DNA of 57,865 nucleotides from Desulfocapsa sulfexigens (GCA_015662865.1 DQTH01000232.1:1-57865), one strand, 5' to 3'; counted from the first letter of the stretch, positions 27,890-38,543 are shown. Notes: generated by a model from the sequence alone, not told the origin. Made by a program: numbers and translations.

Positions 27890-28651
27890 TCAATAGCTTT
27901 CACACAGATCTTTTCTGATCGAAGCTCCAATCCAGCAGTCAGGTTTTTTTCCTTCGCAATATTTGGCTGCTGTGATGACCGAAAGTGCTTCTTCCCTACC
28001 GCCGGGAATGTCTGTTTTGTTCAGCAAAATATAACTGCGTGCGTTTTCCGGACATCCCTTCAGGAGTCCTTCAGGGTGCAAGGCCAGTCGGGCTATGGCA
28101 CGCGGGGTGATTTCATCTCCCATATTTAATCCTGTTCTCTCTGACACAAGTTCTGCACGAAAAACATTATCGTCTGTTAAAGCTTTGCCGATGATATCAA
28201 GGCCAACCACAGAGATGAAGACATCGGTAATTTTCGGAACGACTGGCTCGTTATCACCGGGTGCTTTGAAAGATAACTGCCTGGCGCCGTCAGCTTCAAT
28301 CACAATTCGCTGGGCAGGGGAATGATCAAGAAGTTCTTCCACCTGTGAGCAGCTAATCCCTTCCAGTTTGTCACCCGTCGGTAAAAGACGTTGAGCTACT
28401 GTTGCATGGCCATGCCTGTTTAAGCACTTCTGTAATTGATCATTAAAATTATCTTGATCATACAAAACAACCCCGCTGGTCTGCTGTGGTGTGGGCCTGA
28501 GGATACGGGTTGTGGTTGTGGAGATGACTTTTACGCCTTTTTGTTGGAATGCATGGGCCAGCTGAAACATGAGAGACGTTTTACCACCCCCACCGACAAT
28601 GGAGATGACCCTGTCATTCGCTCTGATCAGGCTTTTAAAAATGTCGGCCAT
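27890..28651 (-). CDS. yqeC: Selenium-dependent hydroxylase accessory protein YqeC
   Basis: VGGGGKTSLM, STTTTRI, IEADGARQLSFKAPGDNEPVVP. Confidence 0.9.
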   Translation of the reverse strand: MADIFKSLIRANDRVISIVGGGGKTSLMFQLAHAFQQKGVKVISTTTTRILRPTPQQTSGVVLYDQDNFNDQLQKCLNRHGHATVAQRLLPTGDKLEGISCSQVEELLDHSPAQRIVIEADGARQLSFKAPGDNEPVVPKITDVFISVVGLDIIGKALTDDNVFRAELVSERTGLNMGDEITPRAIARLALHPEGLLKGCPENARSYILLNKTDIPGGREEALSVITAAKYCEGKKPDCWIGASIRKDLCESY

Positions 28652-28655
28652 ACGA

Positions 28656-29663
28656 TTACATGGCTCCTGAGCGGGCTGCAATAAGTTCAGCTACAATACT
28701 GACTGCTATCTCCCGGGGTGTTTCAGAACCGATTGAAAGTCCTATGGGACAATGAACACGATCAAAATCAGCATCGGTAAAACCCTGGTCACGCAGGCTG
28801 GAATAGACAATATCACGTTTTCTTCTGCTGCCGATCATGCCGATATACCTGGCAGGTGTTTGCAGGGCCTGGCCAAGTATTTCCCGGTCGTAGCTGTGTC
28901 CACGACTGATTATGAGCAGATATGAATCCTCTTCCTGTTCAATGGATTGAAACAGATTTTCAAAATTTTTGATGACGTGGGTGGATTTTGCCATGGGAAA
29001 CCGGTCCTTGTTGGAAAATTCCTGTCTGTCATCACAGACCACAACTTCAAAATCCAGATAGGAGGCCAGCCGGGCAACTTCCCTTGAAACATGGCCGCCA
29101 CCAAACAGAACAACAGTGCCGCTTTTGGGCAGCGGATCAATGACAATGGATTGATCATTGTTTTTTATCAGCTGTGTGGTTCTGCCGCGTATGAGAGATT
29201 TGAAATCAATATCATCTGCGGGTGGCCGGCCATCGCGCATATCAACAAAAGAGCGCAACGGATGTTGCGGATCAGTGATATCTATTCTCCAGACACCTTT
29301 TGTGCCATGGAGAAAACAGTCCATAGCCTGCTCGAACATGGGCACCATGTCAGGAGTGAGCCTTTCGATGAGAATAAGCTGAACACCTCCACAGACCATA
29401 TCCGTATCACCATCAGTTCCACTTCCCCGCATATCAAATTCAGTTAGAAGAGGTGAGGAATCACCACGCGCAACTTTTTTTGCAGCTTCATGGGCCGTAT
29501 ACTCCATCCTTCCCCCGCCAATGGTGCCATGCAGGGTACCATCTTTTTCCACAAACATTTTGGAACCGGGTAGCCGCGGTGCGGAGCCGTTTTTATCAAT
29601 GATGGTTACCAGGGCAACGCTGTTTCCCTGTAGCAAATGGGCAAGTATTTCTTTCTCTATCAT
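28656..29663 (-). CDS. XdhC/CoxI-family Moco insertion chaperone
   Basis: GSAPRLPG, GTIGGG, MVCGG, FGGGHVS, YIGMIGSRRK, PIGLSIGSETPREIAVSI. Confidence 0.92.
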   Translation of the reverse strand: MIEKEILAHLLQGNSVALVTIIDKNGSAPRLPGSKMFVEKDGTLHGTIGGGRMEYTAHEAAKKVARGDSSPLLTEFDMRGSGTDGDTDMVCGGVQLILIERLTPDMVPMFEQAMDCFLHGTKGVWRIDITDPQHPLRSFVDMRDGRPPADDIDFKSLIRGRTTQLIKNNDQSIVIDPLPKSGTVVLFGGGHVSREVARLASYLDFEVVVCDDRQEFSNKDRFPMAKSTHVIKNFENLFQSIEQEEDSYLLIISRGHSYDREILGQALQTPARYIGMIGSRRKRDIVYSSLRDQGFTDADFDRVHCPIGLSIGSETPREIAVSIVAELIAARSGAM

Positions 29664-29690
29664 AACTATGCGAACAGGTTGTGAATTATT

Positions 29691-29723
29691 AAAAAAGGGC
29701 GACTGATCCGATCAGCCGCCCTT
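29691..29723 (-). terminator. Intrinsic terminator after porin gene
   Basis: AAGGGCG.CTGAT / ATCAG.CGCCCTT stem with T6 tail on minus strand. Confidence 0.75.
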
Positions 29724-29756
29724 GAACAATTTAGCAAAAATGTAAAAATTTTCTGC

Positions 29757-30593
29757 TTAGAATGTTGTTACCCAGAAGACAGTCGGGTTAAATTCAATGT
29801 CACTGTTGGCCTGGCTGAAGAATCTGGTGGAAAGCTCAAATTCCATACCAATGGCGGAATTAGAAAGCCAGCTGTCTTTGCCGACAAAAGAGTCGAGTTT
29901 GAGTCTGATCTGTGGCTCGGTGAGGATAACAACTTCATCATCGTATTCCCACACATCAAAGAAACCCTGGAAGTCAAAGTTTACAGAACCGATGGAAAAA
30001 GGCTGGCCCCAGACGAGGGTTACCTGCCAGTTGGTGTCACTCTTTTCTCTTTCGTCAAAGGCCTGGAAATCTTTAACCAGGAAGGAGATGTTGGTGAAAC
30101 CGAAGTTGGGCTGTCCCAGGTTGAGATCAAAAGAAACACCATACAGAAGAGCATCGTCAATATAGTCGAACTGGCTTACACTGTTGACAGGTGAGCCACC
30201 ATTGTATTCAATTTTAATGTAGGTTTCCTTGAGGAAGGAACCCAGCATATTACTGCCTTCTTCAGGGCCGAGGATAATTTTGTCAAGGCTGATCCGGGTT
30301 GCGAATTCGCCGTAATACTGTGCAGGTTCAACTTTGTAACCATCTTTTCCCTCGATATCGATAAAGAAAAAGTTGTCACCATATTTCCATTCTGAAAAAT
30401 GAGCGATGGTAGCGGTGAGGATTTCACTGTCAATCTCATCACCATTGGAATCTTCAAAACCTTTGGTTCTGTCAAAATCAGCGTGCATCTGAATTTCTGT
30501 TTTGTGGAAATAGCTTTTTGCATCAGCCGGTCCGGAGCAGAGGGCGCCCAAAGCAAAAACACACCCTGCCATTAAAAATACATTTTTCTTCAT
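29757..30593 (-). CDS. Outer-membrane nucleoside channel, Tsx-like
   Basis: Signal peptide, HFSEWKYGDNFFFID, amphipathic beta strands, C-terminal Phe; AAGGAG RBS. Confidence 0.75.
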   Translation of the reverse strand: MKKNVFLMAGCVFALGALCSGPADAKSYFHKTEIQMHADFDRTKGFEDSNGDEIDSEILTATIAHFSEWKYGDNFFFIDIEGKDGYKVEPAQYYGEFATRISLDKIILGPEEGSNMLGSFLKETYIKIEYNGGSPVNSVSQFDYIDDALLYGVSFDLNLGQPNFGFTNISFLVKDFQAFDEREKSDTNWQVTLVWGQPFSIGSVNFDFQGFFDVWEYDDEVVILTEPQIRLKLDSFVGKDSWLSNSAIGMEFELSTRFFSQANSDIEFNPTVFWVTTF

Positions 30594-30652
30594 TTTTTCT
30601 CCTTTCATTGAGATAGTAATAAGTGGTGATTGTTCACCTGGTTAAACTCTTC

Positions 30653-32002
30653 TTATATTTGACTTGTAAGCTCCCGGGCAGCCTGGGTATGTTCCTCCTG
30701 GAGGTCCCGAAGATTCACATTTCCCAGCCTTCCTTTTGCCACTTTCCATTTGCCGGCGACCATAACATAATCGGCCTTATGTGCACCACACAGAATGAGA
30801 GCGGCCAATGGATCACCAGCTCCTGAAAAACGTGTTTCATCAAGCTTGAATAAAGCCAGATCAGCTTGTTTGCCGGGTGCAATTTTACCAATATCGTCTC
30901 GGCCAAGACAGTGAGCAGAACCTTGTGTGGCCCAGCGCAGAGCATCAAAATGGGTGATTCCCGCTGAGCCGTAACGTAGCCGCTGGAGCATCAGGGCCTG
31001 TCGTACTTCCTGCATCATGTTGGAGCCGTCGTTGGAGGCTGAGCCGTCAACACCAAGCCCAACCGAACAGCCTGCTTTCTCAAGATTACGTACCGGGCAG
31101 ACTCCGGAACCAAGGATCATATTGGAACTTGGGCAGTGGCTGATACACACACCAGCTCTGCCTAGTCGTTCAATTTCTTCATCATTGAAATGAATGCCGT
31201 GGGCCAGCCATACGTCTTTTTCCATCCATCCAACCCGTTCCAGGTAATCAACAGGACGCACGCCAAAGAGTTCTATGCAGAAATCGGTCTCATCGTCTGT
31301 TTCAGCAAGATGTGTATGTAGCCGAACATTTTTTCTTCGAGCTAGCTCTGCACACTGTTTCATCAGTTCTTCTGTCACACTGAATGGCGAGCAGGGGGCA
31401 AGGGCGACCTGGAGCATGGAACCTTCCTGACCGTCATGATATCTGTCTATGACACGTTCACAATCGGCAAGAATATCATCTTCATCCTGGATGGTGTTGC
31501 GGGGTGGCAGGCCGCCGTCATCCTCACCAAGACTCATGGAGCCGCGTGTCAGGGTGGCACGGATGCCAATCTTTTTCATGGCATCAACCTGTATGTCCAG
31601 CGCTTCACGCGCTGCTTCGGGAAAGATGTAATGGTGATCCGCAACAGTAGTGCAGCCTGAAAGCAGCAACTCCACTGCTGCCAGACGCGTCGACACATGA
31701 ATCATTTTTTCGGTGAGTCCTGCCCAGATGGGATAAAGACTCTTTAACCAGGGAAATAACTCTTTGTTTAGAGCGTCAGGGCAGGCACGGGTGAGGGTCT
31801 GATAAAAATGGTGATGCGTGTTGATGAGGCCCGGAAGTATGACGTGTTCAGACGCGTCAAACATCTGGTCCACATCTGTTGCCGGCTGCTCACCAGGGGC
31901 AAGCAGTTCTGTGATTTTACTATTTTCAAGGACGATACCACCACGCGCATCAATGGTATCATCCACAAATACAGCAAGTGGATTTTTCAGCCAGAACTTC
32001 AT
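30653..32002 (-). CDS. 8-oxoguanine deaminase-like amidohydrolase
   Basis: INTHHHFYQTLTR, APCSPFSV, HTHLAET, SHCPSSNM, GVDGSASND. Confidence 0.82.
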   Translation of the reverse strand: MKFWLKNPLAVFVDDTIDARGGIVLENSKITELLAPGEQPATDVDQMFDASEHVILPGLINTHHHFYQTLTRACPDALNKELFPWLKSLYPIWAGLTEKMIHVSTRLAAVELLLSGCTTVADHHYIFPEAAREALDIQVDAMKKIGIRATLTRGSMSLGEDDGGLPPRNTIQDEDDILADCERVIDRYHDGQEGSMLQVALAPCSPFSVTEELMKQCAELARRKNVRLHTHLAETDDETDFCIELFGVRPVDYLERVGWMEKDVWLAHGIHFNDEEIERLGRAGVCISHCPSSNMILGSGVCPVRNLEKAGCSVGLGVDGSASNDGSNMMQEVRQALMLQRLRYGSAGITHFDALRWATQGSAHCLGRDDIGKIAPGKQADLALFKLDETRFSGAGDPLAALILCGAHKADYVMVAGKWKVAKGRLGNVNLRDLQEEHTQAARELTSQI

Positions 32003-32014
32003 CGGTCTATATGA

Positions 32015-33499
32015 TCAACTTAATTTTTTCAATAGACCAGTGCGCTCGTTGAACGAATCGATCAGACTATCAATCTTATCCATGGAATGATGAATATCAG
32101 TCCAGTAATCAGGCTCATACCACTGGGCCTGGATTTCCTCATAACTTTTTCCCTGTTGTTCCACCCAGGTGAAATATTTCAGGTTGTGAATCCGTTTTCG
32201 ATCAACATAGCTAAGCTCCTGCATGTTGTCAGTGGATTCACCCAGCATATAACGATGGAAAGTGGCGGCAGCATCGAGGGTTGTGAATACTCCTTCCTCT
32301 TCAGTAAGTTCTGTGAGCCGACTCTGGTACATTTCCATGGAATCAGTGGCCATGGTTACGATCACATCATGCTCATCCATCTCATAGTATTTGGCAGTTT
32401 TGATGGCAGCCAGTACATTTGCGACACTGGAAATCCCCAGCAGGTGCAGATTGTCCACCAGATCCTGCGAAACTCCCTGATCAACCAGATATTTTTTGCC
32501 TGCAGACTGGTTGAACAGTCGAATCAGGCCCATGGGACCAAAGTCATCGATGGCAGTGACAATATCTGTATTTTTCACATTATGAATCCAGGGAACATGC
32601 TTGTCACCAATACCTTCAATGCGATGTGCTCCGAATCCGTTATTGAGCAGGGTGGGGCACTGCAGGGCCTCACTGGCGACAATTTTGGAGAGCGGAAACT
32701 GCTCTTTCATGTAATCGCCACAGGCAATGGTGCCGCCTGACCCGGTATTGGAGACCGTTGCCCGGAAGCGGTCACCCGGGCCCATTGTTTCTTCCAGGGC
32801 TTCCATCATGGCCCGGGAGGTGACTTCGTAATGCCACAGGTAGTTGCCAAATTCGTCAAACTGGTTGAAGATGGACAGTTGCTGGCCGGAATTACGCAGC
32901 TCCCAGCATTTATCAAAGATTTCTTTTACATTGCTTTCCGAACCTGGTGTTTTGATGGTTTCTCCTGCCACATCAGCAAGCCAGTCGAAACGTTCCTTAC
33001 TCATACCTTCGGGTAAAATGGCGATGGAATCACAGGCCAGCAGGTTGGAATCATAGGCACCACCCCGGCAATAATTACCGGTACTGGGCCACACAGCTTT
33101 CTGAGTTGTGGGGTCAAACTGGCCGGTTACAAGTCGAGGCACAAGACAGGCATAGGCAGCACCAACCTTATGGGCACCTGTTGGAAACCATTTGCCAAGG
33201 AGGATGACGATGCGGGCATCAATGCCAGTGAGTTCTTTGGGAAGAACCAGATAGTTCACGCCGCCGAATTTACCGCCACTTTCTTTGGGTTCGTTGTGCC
33301 AGTTGATGCGGAAGAGGTTCAATGGATTCAAATCCCACAAGCCGACATCTTCCAGCTGTTTTGTGATACCATCCGGAATCAGGGCCGGATTAATCATCTG
33401 TTTGAAGGTGGGAATGATGATGTTCTGTTCCTGAGCACGCTTTATTGCGTTTTCAAGTTTTCCTTCATCTTCAATGCTTAAGTCAATCAAATTACTCAT
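32015..33499 (-). CDS. Fold-type II PLP-dependent enzyme of unknown specificity
   Basis: FPTGAHKVGAAY (PLP Lys), PSTGNYCRGG, TGSGGT, HRIEGIG. Confidence 0.85.
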   Translation of the reverse strand: MSNLIDLSIEDEGKLENAIKRAQEQNIIIPTFKQMINPALIPDGITKQLEDVGLWDLNPLNLFRINWHNEPKESGGKFGGVNYLVLPKELTGIDARIVILLGKWFPTGAHKVGAAYACLVPRLVTGQFDPTTQKAVWPSTGNYCRGGAYDSNLLACDSIAILPEGMSKERFDWLADVAGETIKTPGSESNVKEIFDKCWELRNSGQQLSIFNQFDEFGNYLWHYEVTSRAMMEALEETMGPGDRFRATVSNTGSGGTIACGDYMKEQFPLSKIVASEALQCPTLLNNGFGAHRIEGIGDKHVPWIHNVKNTDIVTAIDDFGPMGLIRLFNQSAGKKYLVDQGVSQDLVDNLHLLGISSVANVLAAIKTAKYYEMDEHDVIVTMATDSMEMYQSRLTELTEEEGVFTTLDAAATFHRYMLGESTDNMQELSYVDRKRIHNLKYFTWVEQQGKSYEEIQAQWYEPDYWTDIHHSMDKIDSLIDSFNERTGLLKKLS

Positions 33500-33523
33500 T
33501 ATAAAATCCTATGTTTTAAAAAT

Positions 33524-33556
33524 AAATTCGAAATATGAATCTCGAATTTTAAACAA
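33524..33556. repeat. AT-rich ~7-bp-period repeat relic
   Basis: Reverse complement TTGTTTAAAATTCGAGATTCATATTTCGAATTT resembles 6416-6443. Confidence 0.5.
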
Positions 33557-33605
33557 TAAACTGAAATCTTTTATTTAAAGGGTGCCTAAAGTAGATGCCG
33601 GCAAA

Positions 33606-34871
33606 TCATTGAATATTAAGATATCGAATTTCTTTGCGTACTGCCTCCATCTTTGGCTCAATGATAAAGGGTTTTACCCCCGCCATTTCAACTGCAGTCA
33701 TGGTGTTTTTTATATCTTTAAGGCCGTTTCCCGTGTTGAGCACCACAATGCGTTCATCTGCCTGGACCAGGCCTTTCTCAACAGCTTTCACAAGGCCTGC
33801 GTAAGCAGCTGCGCCTGCGGGTTCTGCAAAAACTCCGACACCTCTGGCCAGTACTGGAATGGCGGATAAAATTTCATCATCACTGATACATACATAAGCG
33901 CCATTTGTTTCATTCACAGCCGCAAGTGCCTTGATTCTGTCCCGTGGAAGCCCGGCACTGATACTGTCAGCCACTGTAATGCCAGAAACCGGGGCCTTTG
34001 TGAGAATATCTTCGTTGTTTGTCCAGGCCTCATACAGAAAATTGGAGCCCTCTGCCTGCACACCGATGATGCGGGGCATCCGGTCAATCCAGCCGAGAGC
34101 CAGCAGATCTTTCAAACCCTTGTGCAGCCCGCCTATGATGCAGCCATCACCAACGCTCACAAAAATAACATCGGGAGCCTGCCAGTTCAGCTGTTCGCAT
34201 ATCTCATAAGCTGCTGTTTTTTTCCCTTCTGTCATGTACGGGTTGTAACCGGTGTTGCGGTTATACCAGCCATATTCGGCCGCAGCTTCAAGACAGAGTT
34301 CAAAGGCATCATCATAGGTTCCTTTGACGAGCATCACCGTGGAATTGTAAACCAGCAGTTGGGCGATCTTGGCAGGTGGCGCGGAAACAGGCACAAAAAT
34401 AACATTGGGCTGCCCGACACTGGCACATATTCCAGCCAGTGCCGCTGCCGCATTGCCGGTGCTGGCGGTTGTGATTATTTTTGCATTTTTCTCATGCGCC
34501 TTTACAACGGCAACAGCACTTGCCCTGTCTTTAAAACTTGCCGTGGGCAGGCGACCATCGTCTTTTACCCACAGATGTTTCAACTGTAATTTCTGTGCCA
34601 GCCGGGGTGCCTCATACAGCGGTGTCCAGCCAATGGCAAGGGGTGGCACCTCTGCATCCGGAAAAATCGGCAGCAGGGGTTTGTAGCGCCAGATGGAGTA
34701 ATCGCGGCTTTTGGTCAGGCTTTCTCTGTTGATACGACTTTTTATAAGATCGTAGTCATAGCGAACATCCACAATCCCTTCATTTTTATGATCGGGACAG
34801 ATGTAGTCAATTTCATCCGTGGTATATTCTTTGCCGCAGATGAGGCATTTTAGGTGCAGTACGTGATCCAT
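33606..34871 (-). CDS. thrC: Threonine synthase-like PLP enzyme
   Basis: N-terminal CxxC…CP, PTASFKDR, TASTGNAAAA, EGKKT, SVGDG, AEPAGAA, NTGNGLKD. Confidence 0.8.
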   Translation of the reverse strand: MDHVLHLKCLICGKEYTTDEIDYICPDHKNEGIVDVRYDYDLIKSRINRESLTKSRDYSIWRYKPLLPIFPDAEVPPLAIGWTPLYEAPRLAQKLQLKHLWVKDDGRLPTASFKDRASAVAVVKAHEKNAKIITTASTGNAAAALAGICASVGQPNVIFVPVSAPPAKIAQLLVYNSTVMLVKGTYDDAFELCLEAAAEYGWYNRNTGYNPYMTEGKKTAAYEICEQLNWQAPDVIFVSVGDGCIIGGLHKGLKDLLALGWIDRMPRIIGVQAEGSNFLYEAWTNNEDILTKAPVSGITVADSISAGLPRDRIKALAAVNETNGAYVCISDDEILSAIPVLARGVGVFAEPAGAAAYAGLVKAVEKGLVQADERIVVLNTGNGLKDIKNTMTAVEMAGVKPFIIEPKMEAVRKEIRYLNIQ

Positions 34872-34877
34872 AGTCTT

Positions 34878-35711
34878 TTACAATGCCTCGCTGATGAGAT
34901 CCAGAACATCCTGCTGGCTCTTTACTGCCAGCACTTTGCTGGCATCGATTGTGTAGCCGTACTTGTCGGTAATTCGTTCATACAGTGGCCTGCGGTGGGC
35001 AATGAGGCTGGGAAATACCCACTGCACATATTCGTCCGGATTCATCTCATCAGTATCATTAAATCCATTCAATTCAAGGTACCTGGCGATATGTTCATCA
35101 AGAAAAGCATCATCATAGTACAGAGGTTTCGGGTCAGCCTGAGCGCGCTCTATGAGCATCTGTTCCATTTTTTCATCCGCCCGGAGGTAGAGGATCAGTG
35201 AATGTTTTGAAAGTTCTGTCCATGCCTCATCATCTGTCAGCTCACAAATACTGCCGCCGGTATCGTTAATGAAATGGGGTCTGCCGTAAAGATTCCTGGC
35301 CTTTTCAATAAAGGTGCCCACATCCCGGATGGCTTTTACCTCAGCTTTTCGGTGCAGTTGCTGCCTGCGTTTGAACTCTTCTAAACTGCTGCCACCCAGT
35401 TCAGGGTTGCCAATTTTTCCAAGAAAGGTGGAGACCGGTTTTAAGTGATGAAAGGTGATGTTGCTTCGGAAGGAGATGGAATCACTTAAGACAAGATCAC
35501 GCAGGAAGGGCTGTTGCATGGCGTGAACCTTGATGTTGTCCAGAATCGGTTCTTTCAGATAGCGCGTACCGATACGGTAATCAGCGGAATAGTGAAACCA
35601 CCTGTCCTTTGGTAATACACTGGCAAGCGTTGTTTTGCCAACGCCGGACATACCCATGAGGGTGATCACTTTGTTTGGCCAGTTAAGAAATTCGGCCTTG
35701 CTCATCTTCAT
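34878..35711 (-). CDS. P-loop ATPase/kinase of unknown function (NMP/shikimate-kinase-like)
   Basis: Walker A GMSGVGKT, FHYSADYRIG, INDTGGS, HRRPLYE. Confidence 0.75.
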   Translation of the reverse strand: MKMSKAEFLNWPNKVITLMGMSGVGKTTLASVLPKDRWFHYSADYRIGTRYLKEPILDNIKVHAMQQPFLRDLVLSDSISFRSNITFHHLKPVSTFLGKIGNPELGGSSLEEFKRRQQLHRKAEVKAIRDVGTFIEKARNLYGRPHFINDTGGSICELTDDEAWTELSKHSLILYLRADEKMEQMLIERAQADPKPLYYDDAFLDEHIARYLELNGFNDTDEMNPDEYVQWVFPSLIAHRRPLYERITDKYGYTIDASKVLAVKSQQDVLDLISEAL

Positions 35712-35728
35712 ACTATTTTACATATACC

Positions 35729-37270
35729 TCAAACACTTGCAGCTTCCTGCTCTTCACCGGTCATCATCAGCCCGATTGATTCCCGGGTGGCATCTTCCTG
35801 GTTGATTATTCCCATGATTTTACCGTCAAACATCACTGCTATGCGATCAGACAGGGCCATCACCTCATCGAGATCTTCTGAAATAACCACGGAGGCAGTG
35901 CCTCTCTGTCTCTGCTGAGAAATGCGTTCATGAATATATTCCGCGGCACCAATGTCAACTCCACGGGTTGGCTGGGAGGCCAGAAGTACCTTGGGACCGG
36001 CTGAAAGCTCTCGGGCCATGATAAGTTTCTGGATATTTCCGCCGGAGAGGTTTTTTGTCGTTGCATCAATACTTGGTGTTTTTACCGCGTATTCTTTGAC
36101 CAGCTTTTCACTGTGACTGCAGATTTCGCGAAAGTTGAGAAGGCCGTTTTTGCAGAATGGTTCACTGTTATGGTTGAGTAAAATCAGGTTTTCCTTTACG
36201 TCAAAATCACCCACAGCACCATCCTTCATTCTTTCCTCGGGCACATAAGAGAGCCCTACCTTGCGAATCTTCGCCGGTTTACTTGCAGTGGTATCCTGAC
36301 CGTTAATGGTGATCTTACCCGACTGAGGCGTACGCAGGCCGGCAATTGCTTCTGCCAGTTCTCGTTGTCCGTTACCTGAAATCCCGGCAATTCCCAGTAT
36401 CTCACCACTTTTTACTTCCAGATTCAGTCCCTGCACGGCATGCCTGCCCCGATCTCCATCCACGTAGAGATCTTCTATGACGAGAAGCGGCACACCTGTT
36501 TCAACTTCATGTTTATCCGGGGCGAGTTTCACTTCACGGCCAACCATCATCTGTGCCAGATCATGCCGGTCAGATTTGGCAGGAGTGGTATCACCGGTGA
36601 CCCGGCCGTGGCGTAAAACAGTGATCTTGTCACTGAGATCCAGCACTTCCTTCAACTTATGTGAGATAAAAACAAGCCCGCGGCCATCTTCTGCAAGTCT
36701 TCGAAAAATGACAAAAATATCATCAACTTCACTGGGAGTGAGAACCGCGGTTGGTTCATCCAGAATGAGAATTGATGCATCTCTGTACAATGCTTTGATT
36801 ATTTCCACCCGCTGGCGTTCTCCAACGGATAATTTCCAGACATGTTCATCGGGATAGACATGCAGTCCAAATGTTTTTGAAAGTTCGGTAATACGTCTGG
36901 AGACAGTTTTCAGGTCAGTGAGGGCCCCACGGGTTGATTTGAGGCCAAGTGAAACATTTTCGGCAACTGTAAGCGTTGGCACCAGCATAAAATGCTGATG
37001 AATCATACCGATACCATGGGCAATTGCATTGGCTGGAGAAGTCAGTTGGACCGGCTTGCCGTGGAGTAAAATTTCACCTTCATCCTGCTGGTACAATCCG
37101 TACAGAATTTTCATCAGGGTTGATTTTCCTGCCCCGTTTTCACCTAAAAGTGTGTGTACCTCACCCGCGCGAACATCAAAATCAACATTGTCGCTGGCCA
37201 GGACTCCAGGGAATTTTTTGGTGATTCCTCTCATTTGAAGCATTGGCGGATTGTTTAATTGCGAAGACAT
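35729..37270 (-). CDS. Nucleoside/purine ABC transporter ATP-binding protein (two NBDs)
   Basis: [36 protein letters not shown]. Confidence 0.93.
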   Translation of the reverse strand: MSSQLNNPPMLQMRGITKKFPGVLASDNVDFDVRAGEVHTLLGENGAGKSTLMKILYGLYQQDEGEILLHGKPVQLTSPANAIAHGIGMIHQHFMLVPTLTVAENVSLGLKSTRGALTDLKTVSRRITELSKTFGLHVYPDEHVWKLSVGERQRVEIIKALYRDASILILDEPTAVLTPSEVDDIFVIFRRLAEDGRGLVFISHKLKEVLDLSDKITVLRHGRVTGDTTPAKSDRHDLAQMMVGREVKLAPDKHEVETGVPLLVIEDLYVDGDRGRHAVQGLNLEVKSGEILGIAGISGNGQRELAEAIAGLRTPQSGKITINGQDTTASKPAKIRKVGLSYVPEERMKDGAVGDFDVKENLILLNHNSEPFCKNGLLNFREICSHSEKLVKEYAVKTPSIDATTKNLSGGNIQKLIMARELSAGPKVLLASQPTRGVDIGAAEYIHERISQQRQRGTASVVISEDLDEVMALSDRIAVMFDGKIMGIINQEDATRESIGLMMTGEEQEAASV

Positions 37271-37358
37271 GATATTTTCATTGAAATGGAGAAAGGTGAA
37301 TGTATAAATATATTTTAATTAAGTTTGGTTACTCTGGTTTTTAGAGGCTGTATTGCCA

Positions 37359-37520
37359 GATGGATTTGTAGAAAGCTTCATATTCGAGATGCGTTTATGC
37401 CCGTTTGGGTAGTAAAAATCCATTCTTTCTGCGTACCAGAGTACGTTGAAAGAATGGATTTTGAGCAGCAACGAAGAAGATGAAGAATTTTCGAAGTCTA
37501 CACTTATCTACGAATCTATC
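37359..37520. mobile_element. MITE copy 3 (cargo type A, inverted)
   Basis: GATGGATTTGTAG…CTACGAATCTATC; 15-bp inner stem 37415-37429 / 37448-37462. Confidence 0.8.
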
Positions 37521-38493
37521 ATTTGTGACCTGTCTTGATGGAACCATCCTTGATTCCGGCAATGGCTTTCATACCGGCTTCTTTCACAGAAGCATCAAGT
37601 TTGTAGGCATCGTTGAATTCAATGACAATGCCGCCATTGGCAAGATTGATTTTATACATTTTTCCACCCTTTACGCCAGCGTCCATATCTGCAATGATTT
37701 TGTTTAAAATGACGTCCCATTTGTAAACCTGGGAGGCAACAACGATTTCAGGAGCCAATTCTGTCTGGTTGGCCTGGGTTCCAAACCATGGAACTCTTTT
37801 GGCTCTTGCTGCACCAATTGCGCCGACAACCATCTGGGCGGTTCCTGTCAGAACGTCAGCACCGGCAGCCATGTGAGCACGCGCGGCTTCTGCGGCAAGG
37901 GCAACATCAGAAAATGATCCGATGTAATTTACTTTGGCTCTGATTTTTGCATTCTGTGCTTTTGCGCCCTGAACAAATCCGTCCACATAGAGTTTAGCAT
38001 CACCTACTTCAATGGGACCGACAACGCCAACACCACCTTTTTTACTCATGGCAGCGGCCATAACACCCATTACATATCCACCCTCATCAGAAGCTGCTTC
38101 GTAAGAGGAAACATTGGCAAGTCCGAATGTATCTGCGGAAGTTCCCCAGGCAAAGGCGGTATCGGGGAAATCAGGGGCGATCTCTTTTAGGGATCCGCCA
38201 TACTGGGAACCGTGGGCCAGAACAAGGTCAAAACCTTTTTTGGCATAGTCGCGGATGGCAGCGGCAGCATCTTCAACAACAAAAGTTCCGTCAGTGATGG
38301 CAAGTTCTATTTCACGATCTTTCTGGATCGCCTTGATACCGTCAACAATACTTTGTGTGAAAGCCAGATCGTTTTGAGCACTGGGGGCAATGATGGCAAC
38401 TTTAAGGGCCTTACCGGAAGCCAGAAGTGCTGACGGGCTCAGTAAGATAAGGGCCAGAAAAGCAGCCGACAGATACAGGTTGAACTTTTTCAT
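37519..38493 (-). CDS. BMP-family ABC substrate-binding protein
   Basis: Signal peptide, NDLAFTQS, AHGSQYG, YIGSFSD. Confidence 0.88.
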   Translation of the reverse strand: MKKFNLYLSAAFLALILLSPSALLASGKALKVAIIAPSAQNDLAFTQSIVDGIKAIQKDREIELAITDGTFVVEDAAAAIRDYAKKGFDLVLAHGSQYGGSLKEIAPDFPDTAFAWGTSADTFGLANVSSYEAASDEGGYVMGVMAAAMSKKGGVGVVGPIEVGDAKLYVDGFVQGAKAQNAKIRAKVNYIGSFSDVALAAEAARAHMAAGADVLTGTAQMVVGAIGAARAKRVPWFGTQANQTELAPEIVVASQVYKWDVILNKIIADMDAGVKGGKMYKINLANGGIVIEFNDAYKLDASVKEAGMKAIAGIKDGSIKTGHK

Positions 38494-38543
38494 TGTGACA
38501 ATCTCCTTATAAAAGAAATGATGAATGGTGGCGGGGAAAAAAA

